Source: Fusobacteriaceae bacterium | Lineage (GTDB): Bacteria; Fusobacteriota; Fusobacteriia; Fusobacteriales; Fusobacteriaceae | NCBI GenBank assembly: GCA_051647385.1 | Contig: JBOFDW010000011.1 | Location: forward strand, 1 to 35,938 | Direction of reading: 5' to 3' | Length of the DNA stretch: 35,938 bases | In this document: piece after piece, positions 29,022-35,938 of the stretch | Numbering within the stretch: position 1 is the first letter of the stretch | Layout: each line of letters starts with the position of its first letter | Translations under genes and position numbers: made by a program | Notes under the pieces: generated by a model | Told to the model about the DNA's origin: nothing | Databases searched by the model: none | The model's input: the letters and a program-made list of their open reading frames with translations, nothing else

Positions 29022-29080
29022 GTTAATCGTATAACCAAAATTTCACCAAACTAAAGAGAGGGTGCGACCTCTCTTTTTTA
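29022..29080 (+). ncRNA. candidate antitoxin sRNA 1 (about 58 nt)
   Basis: Extended -10 TGgTACAAT at 29008-29015. Terminator AGAGAGG-gtgcga-CCTCTCT plus T6 at 29053-29080. The 5' part TTAATCGTATAACCAAAATTTCACC is complementary to 28831-28858 (SD end, start codon and first codons of the peptide ORF). Confidence 0.45.
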
Positions 29081-29117
29081 TTTTGTAATTTTCTAAAAGC
29101 TATGCTATAATAATTTA

Positions 29118-29177
29118 TAAGTTTGAAAAGCAAGTATCACCAAACTAAAAGAGAGGGTGCGACCTCTCTTTTTTATT
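29118..29177 (+). ncRNA. candidate sRNA 2 (paralogue with a different 5' region)
   Basis: Same promoter block (AATTTTCTAAAAG...TGcTATAAT, -10 at 29106-29111) and the identical 3' module CACCAAACTAAAAGAGAGGGTGCGACCTCTCTTTTTT. The hairpin could also terminate the convergent ankyrin gene. Confidence 0.4.
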
Positions 29178-29195
29178 TCGCAAATATTTTTGTTG

Positions 29196-30026
29196 TTATT
29201 TTGCTCCGTATTGCATTAATAATTTTTCAATAGAATTGTACTCTAGTTTTCTAGCAAGTTCAAGTGAAGTGTCTCCGTCAGAATTTTTTACATTTGGATT
29301 AGCTCCATACTCCAATAAAGTTTTAACACATGAATAATGCCCGTTCAGTGACGCTACTATTAGAGGTGTTGCTTGAGCATTATTTCTTGCATCAATATTT
29401 GCTTTATTGTTAATCAAATATCTAACTATAGTTTCATCACCTTTTACTGCTGCAACATGCAAAGGAGTCCACCCATCGTTGTCGGAAATATTCGGATTAG
29501 AATTATTCTCTAACAAAATATTTACGATTTCTTTATTCCCTGCCTCAACTGCATACCTTAGAGCTGTCCAACCATCTTTATCTTTTGCATTCACATTTGC
29601 TTTATTGTTAATCAAATATCTAACTATAGGTTCATTCCCTTTTGCTGCAACATGCAAAGGAGTCAATCCATCGTTGTCGGAAATATTCGGATTGGAATTA
29701 TTCTCTAACAAAATATTTACGATTTCTTTATTACCTACCTCAACTGCATACCTTAGAGCTGTCAAACCATCTTTATCTTTTGCATTCACATTTGCTTTTG
29801 CATTGATTAAAATTTTTACAGCCTCTTGATTTTCAAGTGGAACAGCGTACATTAAGGCTGTTATAGTATTTTTCAACTCATTTACATTATCACCTTTTTT
29901 CAAGGTATTTTTTAATGCGTCCATATCATTATTGTCGACTGCGTCAATTACTGGTCCAGCAAAAACTAAAGTTGAAACCAAGCTCATTAAAAATATTACT
30001 GATAAAAACTTTTTTAAACCTCTCAT
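29196..30026 (-). CDS. secreted ankyrin-repeat protein
   Basis: The ATG at 30026 follows the SD GGAGGG. Signal peptide MRGLKKFLSVIFLMSLVSTLVFA. At least seven ANK repeats are present (DGxTxLxYAV..GN.EIV..LL..NAN.N). Confidence 0.85.
   Translation of the reverse strand: MRGLKKFLSVIFLMSLVSTLVFAGPVIDAVDNNDMDALKNTLKKGDNVNELKNTITALMYAVPLENQEAVKILINAKANVNAKDKDGLTALRYAVEVGNKEIVNILLENNSNPNISDNDGLTPLHVAAKGNEPIVRYLINNKANVNAKDKDGWTALRYAVEAGNKEIVNILLENNSNPNISDNDGWTPLHVAAVKGDETIVRYLINNKANIDARNNAQATPLIVASLNGHYSCVKTLLEYGANPNVKNSDGDTSLELARKLEYNSIEKLLMQYGAK
29398..29795. repeat. tandem duplication (2 x about 197 bp) inside the ankyrin gene
   Basis: 29401-29598 and 29599-29793 are near-identical apart from a 3-nt indel and a few substitutions. 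Each unit encodes two ANK repeats. Confidence 0.85.
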
Positions 30027-30221
30027 TTTTATTCCCTCCAACTTTATTTGTATCTAAAAAAATACAGACTTAAAATATTATAGTTTACAGTTATAATATT
30101 TGTCAATTCATTCAACAGAAAATTTTTCACACAAAAATATAACTTACCAGTAACTTTATGCGAAAATATATGATATAATGTTTAGAGTAATTGAGTAAAA
30201 CTTTTTGGAGGAGATTTTAAT

Positions 30222-30965
30222 TTGGTAGAGAAATTAAATAATAAAAAAAGTGATTTAGATTTACTCAGAAAAAGAGGCTACATTGAAAATTATGATTTAA
30301 TAAAATTTAGTGAATTAGATAAAACTGAACTGATAAAAATGTTGCACGATGAAATGCCAGTACATCGTTCCATAGCTTCAAAAGTTTTGGGCTTGAAATA
30401 TGGCTTAGAAGATGAGCAGATAGTCGACGCACTTCTTGAACAACTCTCCAAAGAAAAAAAGTTATATACAAGATTAGAAATTTGCTCAACGCTTGAAAAT
30501 GGTAGCAGTTTAGTGGCAAAAAAAATGATTTCATATTTGGGGAAAATTGGAAGTAACCAGCATAAATTTATTCTTAGTAAACCATCATTAAAAAGTAGTT
30601 ATCCATTGCCAAGAGATTTAATATCAAGAAGTTTGGCTAGGATGAAGCGAGAAATAATGCCAGTATTATTAGAGGTGCTGGATAGCGATGATCTAGATAA
30701 AATTTCCGAGATATTAGATGCAATTGGATTTTTAGCATTTTACGATAAAGATGCCACAACTATGCAAGATATGAATAAAGTGATAGAGACGATTGAAAAA
30801 TATTCTAACAACAAAATTATTTTTTGGAAAGGAATTATTTGCTTGTCGGCTTTTCCTTTTGTAGAAACAAAGAAGTTTCTTCAAAATATAATTGAAAATA
30901 ATACAAATAATTTATATGTAGAAGAAGCAAAAAGATCGCTCAAAAATTTAAAGTATGATAAGTAA
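30222..30965 (+). CDS. HEAT-repeat-like helical protein
   Basis: 247 aa with a TTG start after the SD GGAGGAG. Helical repeats resemble PBS-lyase/HEAT-like units (VHRSIASKVLGLKYG...DALLEQL; SRSLARM...VLLEVLDSDD). No catalytic motif. Confidence 0.55.
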   Translation: MVEKLNNKKSDLDLLRKRGYIENYDLIKFSELDKTELIKMLHDEMPVHRSIASKVLGLKYGLEDEQIVDALLEQLSKEKKLYTRLEICSTLENGSSLVAKKMISYLGKIGSNQHKFILSKPSLKSSYPLPRDLISRSLARMKREIMPVLLEVLDSDDLDKISEILDAIGFLAFYDKDATTMQDMNKVIETIEKYSNNKIIFWKGIICLSAFPFVETKKFLQNIIENNTNNLYVEEAKRSLKNLKYDK

Positions 30966-30991
30966 AAAAATCTTCAGGAGGTAACTTTTTT

Positions 30992-32044
30992 ATGGAAAAG
31001 GGAATGTTCACAGAATTTTATATAGAGGAAAATATTTGGGAGGAGCTGGAAAAGCACGTCAAAAGTTTCCAGCAAATTTTTGTTGTGCACGGCGAAAAAT
31101 CTTTAATCGCCATAGAAAAAAAATTACTCAAAGTTTTTGGAGACAAAAAATATACGCTAGTAAATTACGGCGGAGAATGTTCATATAACAATGCCGAAAA
31201 AATCTTAGCAAAATTTAATAGCCTAAAAAATAAACCAGAAATAATTTTGGCAGTGGGCGGAGGAAAATGTATTGACGTGGCAAAAATTGTAGCAGAAAAA
31301 TCTTGCACCGACATTTTTGTTGTCCCAACCATTGCCTCAACTTGTGCTGACACATCAGGACTTTCTGTTGTGTATGAGGACTCGCATAAATTTTATGAAC
31401 TTTATTTCTTGAAAAATCCGCCGAAAAAAGTTTTCATAGATTTATACACAATTTATAAAGCACCGAGAAAATATTTGTGGGCTGGGATGGGAGACACTCT
31501 GGCAAAATATTATGAGTTCAATTTGAAGGCGGAAAATCAATATTTGAATTATCAAACGAAACTCGGCAAATCTATTTGCAGTATGTGCAAAGATTCTGTC
31601 TTGAAAAATGGTAAGACCGCTTACGATAACGACGAATTTATCAGCGACGAGTTTAGAGAAGTTGTGGCGACGATTTTGATTTCCACTGGCTACGTCTCGA
31701 ATCTCATAGACTTTTTTTATAATTGTGCCTTGGCTCACATAATTTTTAATTCTTTCACGGTGATTCACGAGGTGGAGAAAAATCATTTGCATGGGGAAGT
31801 TGTTGCATACGGAATTTTGGTTCAACTTTCAATAGAAAATAAGCACGAAGAATTGGACGAGCTATTAAAGTTTTATAAGTCTATAGGATTGCCCACAAAA
31901 CTTTCTGATGTTGTGAGTGCGAAAAATTTTGCTGAGCATAAAGAAAATATCTACAAAGATATAATTTGGAATGCCATGAACGAAAAAATTCCGCTGGAGT
32001 TATCACCTGAAATACTTGATAAAGTTTTTGAAATAAAAAACTAG
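30992..32044 (+). CDS. iron-containing alcohol dehydrogenase family protein (glycerol dehydrogenase-like)
   Basis: Nucleotide-binding loop AVGGGKCIDVAKIVA and metal-site motifs (GMGDTLAKYYE; HLHGEVVAYG). Confidence 0.85.
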   Translation: MEKGMFTEFYIEENIWEELEKHVKSFQQIFVVHGEKSLIAIEKKLLKVFGDKKYTLVNYGGECSYNNAEKILAKFNSLKNKPEIILAVGGGKCIDVAKIVAEKSCTDIFVVPTIASTCADTSGLSVVYEDSHKFYELYFLKNPPKKVFIDLYTIYKAPRKYLWAGMGDTLAKYYEFNLKAENQYLNYQTKLGKSICSMCKDSVLKNGKTAYDNDEFISDEFREVVATILISTGYVSNLIDFFYNCALAHIIFNSFTVIHEVEKNHLHGEVVAYGILVQLSIENKHEELDELLKFYKSIGLPTKLSDVVSAKNFAEHKENIYKDIIWNAMNEKIPLELSPEILDKVFEIKN

Positions 32045-32084
32045 TAAAAAATTAAGAGAAATAAATTTTTAGAAAGCAAAAAAT

Positions 32085-32129
32085 TTATGAGGGCTTATCG
32101 CTCGCCCTCAAACTCCTTCTCTAAAAATT
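32085..32129 (-). repeat. REP-like hairpin repeat, copy D (inverted)
   Basis: The reverse complement reads AATTTTTAGAGAAGGAGTTTGAGGGC-gagcgataa-GCCCTCATAA. Both stem differences from copy A are compensatory. Confidence 0.8.
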
Positions 32130-32147
32130 CGCAAGAGTCTAAAAAAT

Positions 32148-35105
32148 TTGCAAGAGAAAGAAAAAAAGAAAGTGAGAGACCCAATGGATTTTTCAAATTT
32201 GAATAAAAATCAGCTTGAAGCAGTGAACCACACAGAAGGTCCAGTTTTAATTTTGGCAGGACCGGGAACGGGGAAAACTTTTACCATTGTGAAGCGTGTG
32301 GCGAACCTCATCATAAATAAATCCGTCGACCCTGAGTCAATTCTCGTCACGACTTTTACCAAGAAAGCCGCCAACGAATTAAAATTTAGGATTTCGCTGG
32401 AGCTGAAAGAAAGCGGAATTCCAATTGACATTGATAGAATGCGTATCGGAACTTTACACTCAATTTTTCAAGAAATTATCGAAGCTGAAAATTATATTTT
32501 GCTTGACGATTTCGAGCAAAGATATTTGCTTTACAAAAATTCTAACTTTTTTGAATCGGTGACTGGCTTCAAAGAATTTATCGAAAACTTGCGGTCAAAT
32601 TCTAGCCTACCAATTTCAAGTATGATTGCATATTTTTCAAAACTTGCTGAGCACAAAATTTCCAACGCCGAACTCACGCTATCCAATAATCGTGAGATAC
32701 AGTTGCTCGGAATTTTTTATGCTGCCTACCAAACTTTGCTGGACAAAAATTCTGCAATAGATTTTGCCAAGATTCAAACTCTTTGCTTGGAAAAACTGGA
32801 GCACGACAAAGAATTCTTGAAAAAAATCACAGACGAAATAAATTATATAATTATCGACGAGTATCAGGACACGAACAAAATTCAGAACGATATAATTTTC
32901 AAGCTGGCGGAAATTAAGAAAAATATTTGCGTGGTTGGAGACGATGACCAATCCATTTACAGATTTCGTGGAGCGACAGTTGAGAACATTTTAAATTTCC
33001 CGAAAAGTTTTGTGGAGAATGAATGCAAAATTATTACGCTCAACCAAAATTATCGCTCACATCCAGATATCATAAATTTTTACTCGGAATTTATCAGACA
33101 AAAAAATTGGCAAAAGAAAGATGAGCAAGAAAAAAATAGCGAGCAAAAAAATCATGAAGAAAATCTTGAAAATTTTGGAGCAGAAAAAAATAAGAATAAT
33201 TTTGGGCGTATGGAAAAGTTTTTGTTTTCGGATATAGGAGAAGACAAAGAAGATGAAAAAAATCACGTGCCACGTGTGATGAAAATTTCTGGCAAAAATA
33301 ATTCCGAGTACACAAAAAATATCGCTGAGTTCTTAAAATATTTGAAAGAAAAAAATATCGTTGATGATTATAGTCAAATAGTTTTCCTCTCATCCAGCGC
33401 AAGATTTTCTGACTTTGGAATCATTATCAACCAATTAAATCAAGCTGGGATAAAAACTTATTCGCCACGTACAGGAGAATTTTTTCAGCGAGACGAAATA
33501 AAAATGTTCATAGGACTGGCGATAATTTTCTACAAGGAATATTTTGCTAAATTAAAAAATGAGCAAGATTTTTCTTACGAGCCTCATCACGTTTATTATA
33601 ATCACTGTCGAGAATTTTTGAAAAATTATACGCTGAATTATGAGCGGGAAATTTCACGGTGGTTAAAAATTAGACTCGAGCAAGAAGAAGAGCAAGAAAA
33701 AGAAAATCGAGAAAAAAATTCAGACCAAGAAAAAAATATGGGCAAAAAATTTCTGCCAATATTTTACGAATTTTTCAAGTTCGAATATTTCAAAGATTTA
33801 TTCAAAGAGAAAAATATTAACGCAAAGGAATGTGAGCTCCGAGAAAAAAATATTTCTATATTGGCGCAAAAAATTTTTGATTATGAAGAAAAATATGGTA
33901 GCATTTTTTCTGAAGATTTTTTTGAAACTTATCTTCCATTTCTGATTGAGTTTGGCATTAACGAGTTTGAGGACGACGAAGAAAAAGTTTTGGAGGAGCA
34001 CGTTTCATTTTTGACTTTGCACCAGTCAAAAGGGTTGGAGTTTCCAATAGTTTTCATAACGGACTTAATAAAAGAGCCAATAAAAAATGAGTACAATAAA
34101 TTCAAGCAACTTGTCAACGAAGAAGTCTATAAAATTTCTCAGCAAAAATTTGAGGAAGAATCTTTGGAGGATTTTTACAGACTTTATTATACGGGATTTT
34201 CCAGAGCCAAGAATTTTTTATTTTTGGCGTCCATTGATAATCGTGACAAAAAAATGAAGAAGCAAGCACCGTCAGTTTTTTTCGAGAAAACTTTTGACGC
34301 ATTGCCTGATTATAAAATTTATGAAGAAAAATTATCAAGCCAAATGATAGACAGAAGCAAGTCGCACTTGAGCCGAAAAAGATTTTCGTTCACGGCTGAC
34401 GTTGCACTTTATCTTCAGTGCCCAATCAAATATAGATTTTTGCGTTACACAAAATTTCCTATCATAGATACGGAGAAGGAATTACTTGGAACTTTTATTC
34501 ATAAAACTATTGACTCTATACATCGGGACATCTTGAAAAAAATTCCTGTGACAGAAACTCGGGTGAAATATCATCTGAAAAAAAATCAGGAATTAATCTC
34601 CATGAAAAATCATAAAATATTTAGCGAGGAAGAAATTCAAAAAGCTTTCAAGGATATTTTTGCGTACATCTCACATGAGAGCGAGGCTTTAATTTATATA
34701 AAAGAGAGCGAGCTGTCTCTTAGTGTCATCAGAGAGAAATATATTTTGCACGGAACACTTGACCTTGTGAATGAAAAAAAAGGCGAGCATGAGATAGTTG
34801 ACTTCAAAACTTCCGCTATCAAGCCAGAAAAAATTTCTGAAAATTATGAGCGGCAACTTTATATCTATGATTATCTTTGCAACTCGAATAATTATAACGT
34901 GAAAAATTTAAAGCTCTATTATACTTCTGACCACGAGAATCCCATTTTTGAAATGCAAAAAATTCCACAGAAGCAAAAGGAAGTGTTGCAGGAATTTGAT
35001 TTAACAGTTGAGAATATTTTGGAGAAGAAATTTTTTGATAAAACTTTGCAAAAACAAAACTGTAAAAATTGTCAGTTCAGATTTTATTGTGGCGAAGAAA
35101 ATTAA
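32148..35105 (+). CDS. UvrD/PcrA-type SF1 helicase fused to a Cas4/AddB-like PD-(D/E)XK nuclease with 4-Cys cluster
   Basis: The likely start is the ATG at 32184 (MDFSNLNKNQLEAV). Helicase motifs: AGPGTGKT, IIIDEYQDTN, VVGDDDQSIYRFRGA, NYRS, LTLHQSKGLEFPIVF, YTGFSRAK. C-terminal nuclease (about 34380-35105): YLQCPIKYRF, GTFIHK, LHGTLDLV, EIVDFKTS, QLYIYDY, CKNCQFRFYC. Confidence 0.9.
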   Translation: MQEKEKKKVRDPMDFSNLNKNQLEAVNHTEGPVLILAGPGTGKTFTIVKRVANLIINKSVDPESILVTTFTKKAANELKFRISLELKESGIPIDIDRMRIGTLHSIFQEIIEAENYILLDDFEQRYLLYKNSNFFESVTGFKEFIENLRSNSSLPISSMIAYFSKLAEHKISNAELTLSNNREIQLLGIFYAAYQTLLDKNSAIDFAKIQTLCLEKLEHDKEFLKKITDEINYIIIDEYQDTNKIQNDIIFKLAEIKKNICVVGDDDQSIYRFRGATVENILNFPKSFVENECKIITLNQNYRSHPDIINFYSEFIRQKNWQKKDEQEKNSEQKNHEENLENFGAEKNKNNFGRMEKFLFSDIGEDKEDEKNHVPRVMKISGKNNSEYTKNIAEFLKYLKEKNIVDDYSQIVFLSSSARFSDFGIIINQLNQAGIKTYSPRTGEFFQRDEIKMFIGLAIIFYKEYFAKLKNEQDFSYEPHHVYYNHCREFLKNYTLNYEREISRWLKIRLEQEEEQEKENREKNSDQEKNMGKKFLPIFYEFFKFEYFKDLFKEKNINAKECELREKNISILAQKIFDYEEKYGSIFSEDFFETYLPFLIEFGINEFEDDEEKVLEEHVSFLTLHQSKGLEFPIVFITDLIKEPIKNEYNKFKQLVNEEVYKISQQKFEEESLEDFYRLYYTGFSRAKNFLFLASIDNRDKKMKKQAPSVFFEKTFDALPDYKIYEEKLSSQMIDRSKSHLSRKRFSFTADVALYLQCPIKYRFLRYTKFPIIDTEKELLGTFIHKTIDSIHRDILKKIPVTETRVKYHLKKNQELISMKNHKIFSEEEIQKAFKDIFAYISHESEALIYIKESELSLSVIREKYILHGTLDLVNEKKGEHEIVDFKTSAIKPEKISENYERQLYIYDYLCNSNNYNVKNLKLYYTSDHENPIFEMQKIPQKQKEVLQEFDLTVENILEKKFFDKTLQKQNCKNCQFRFYCGEEN

Positions 35106-35331
35106 ATTTAAATTTTAAGTATTAAATATTAATAAAAAAATAAAGAAAAATTAAGAGCGAAAAAATTTAAGATAAGATTAAGAAAAATAAAGCGAGCGAA
35201 AATAAAAAATAAAATCACGAAAAAAATTCAGGAAAGAAATTAAGAGTGAAAAACTCTTGATACCTTCCTTTTTTTTTGATACAATGTTATAATATCTTTA
35301 AAAATTTTGAGGAATTTGGATGTGATTAAAA

Positions 35332-35938
35332 ATGCGAGTTGTAAAAAAATATGGTGGAAGTTCTGTTGCAACGACAGAAAAGATAAAAAATATTGCAAAA
35401 CATTTGGTGGAGACAAAAAATAAAGGCGATGAAATTGTTGTCGTTGTTTCTGCCATGGGTAAAACCACCAACGCTCTTTTAAAAATGGCGAAAGAAGTCG
35501 CCGACATTCCAGACATAAGAGAAGTTGACACGCTGATTTCAACAGGGGAGCAACAATCTATTTCACTTCTTAGCATGGCGATAAAAAGTCTTGGAGCAAA
35601 AGCAATTTCTCTCACAGGGGCTCAAGCAGGAATAAAAACAACTGGTGTTCATACAAAAAGTAGGATAGACAGTATTGATACAAAAAATTTGGAAAAAGTT
35701 TTGGCTGAAGATAATATTGTTATCGTAGCTGGCTTCCAAGGTGTAAATGAAAATGGAGACGTAACAACTTTGGGTCGAGGAGGTTCTGACACAAGTGCAG
35801 TTGCTCTTGCGGCTGCTTTAAAATGTGACTGCGAAATTTATACAGATGTTGACGGAATTTATGGAATTGATCCGCGAGTTTATAAGAAGGCAAAAAAATT
35901 ATCAAGAATATCTTATGAGGAGATGATGGAAATGGCAA
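35332..35938 (+). CDS. lysC: aspartate kinase (5' partial, continues past the window end)
   Basis: Absent from the ORF track because it has no stop in the window. MRVVKKYGGSSVATTEKIKNIA...VVVVSAMGKTTNALL...VVAGFQGVNENGDVTTLGRGGSDTSAVALAAAL...EIYTDVDGIY. Confidence 0.9.
   Translation, partial: MRVVKKYGGSSVATTEKIKNIAKHLVETKNKGDEIVVVVSAMGKTTNALLKMAKEVADIPDIREVDTLISTGEQQSISLLSMAIKSLGAKAISLTGAQAGIKTTGVHTKSRIDSIDTKNLEKVLAEDNIVIVAGFQGVNENGDVTTLGRGGSDTSAVALAAALKCDCEIYTDVDGIYGIDPRVYKKAKKLSRISYEEMMEMA

Noticed and set aside
28831-29047. Alternative reading of the complementary arms (28831-28858 and 29023-29047) as terminal inverted repeats of a 217-bp MITE
   Set aside because: This is not fully excluded. 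However, no target-site duplication is evident, and the arms coincide exactly with an SD/start codon on one side and a promoter-proximal sRNA 5' end on the other. That fits an antisense regulatory pair better. A genome-wide copy count would decide.
28990-29180. Possible CRISPR-like or tandem repeat array
   Set aside because: There are only two units. Each has its own -10 element and intrinsic terminator, and there is no repeat-spacer periodicity. No cas genes lie in the window; the Cas4-like domain at 34380-35105 is fused to a UvrD helicase. I interpret the units as paired sRNA genes.
35106-35240. Apparent short repeats (ATTAAGAG.GAAAAA, AAAATAAA) downstream of the helicase-nuclease gene
   Set aside because: This is A-rich low-complexity sequence with loosely recurring words, with no defined period or hairpin partner. 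The only plausible element is a weak AAGAGT/ACTCTT hairpin near 35243-35259.

Overview
This is a strongly AT-rich, densely coding bacterial chromosomal window. I had no homology search available, so every call rests on motifs read from the supplied translations and the DNA.

The gene content mixes a diderm envelope (LolCD, signal-peptide beta-barrel proteins ending in an aromatic residue) with Firmicute-like housekeeping (LrgAB, long-form HPF, a DUF1292-like protein). That combination suggests a Fusobacteriota-like organism such as Leptotrichiaceae or Fusobacteriaceae. This is inference only.

**Housekeeping genes**
- rlmH, lysS, lrgAB
- An OmpR-type two-component pair
- An XRE-TPR regulator and an RpiR regulator next to a decayed glycerate kinase gene
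- rpsT, hpf, lolCD
- A class II ribonucleotide reductase (nrdJ-like) with tandem NrdR-box-like operators
- An iron-type alcohol dehydrogenase
- The 5' part of an aspartate kinase gene, running off the window end

**Accessory or unusual content**
1. A translationally coupled C5 cytosine methyltransferase + DUF262 (DndB/ParB-like) + HEPN (RNNLAH) cassette lies between lolC and nrdJ (13268-16055). It is my best candidate for an uncharacterised defence system.
2. A two-gene operon encodes an SNF2 helicase and a 595-aa unknown protein (21197-25817).
3. A candidate type I toxin-antitoxin-like locus is missing from the ORF track. It has a 21-aa hydrophobic peptide behind a strong SD, plus two tandem promoter-to-terminator sRNA units. 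The first sRNA is complementary to the toxin's translation initiation region (28783-29177).
4. A dispersed REP-like hairpin repeat family brackets a roughly 6-kb accessory block. That block holds a pentapeptide-repeat membrane protein, a secreted ankyrin-repeat protein and a HEAT-like protein.
5. A roughly 185-bp terminator-promoter-leader module is duplicated in front of two outer-membrane protein genes.
6. A UvrD-type helicase is fused to a Cas4/AddB-like four-cysteine nuclease.

I saw no tRNA, rRNA, CRISPR array, transposase or integrase.
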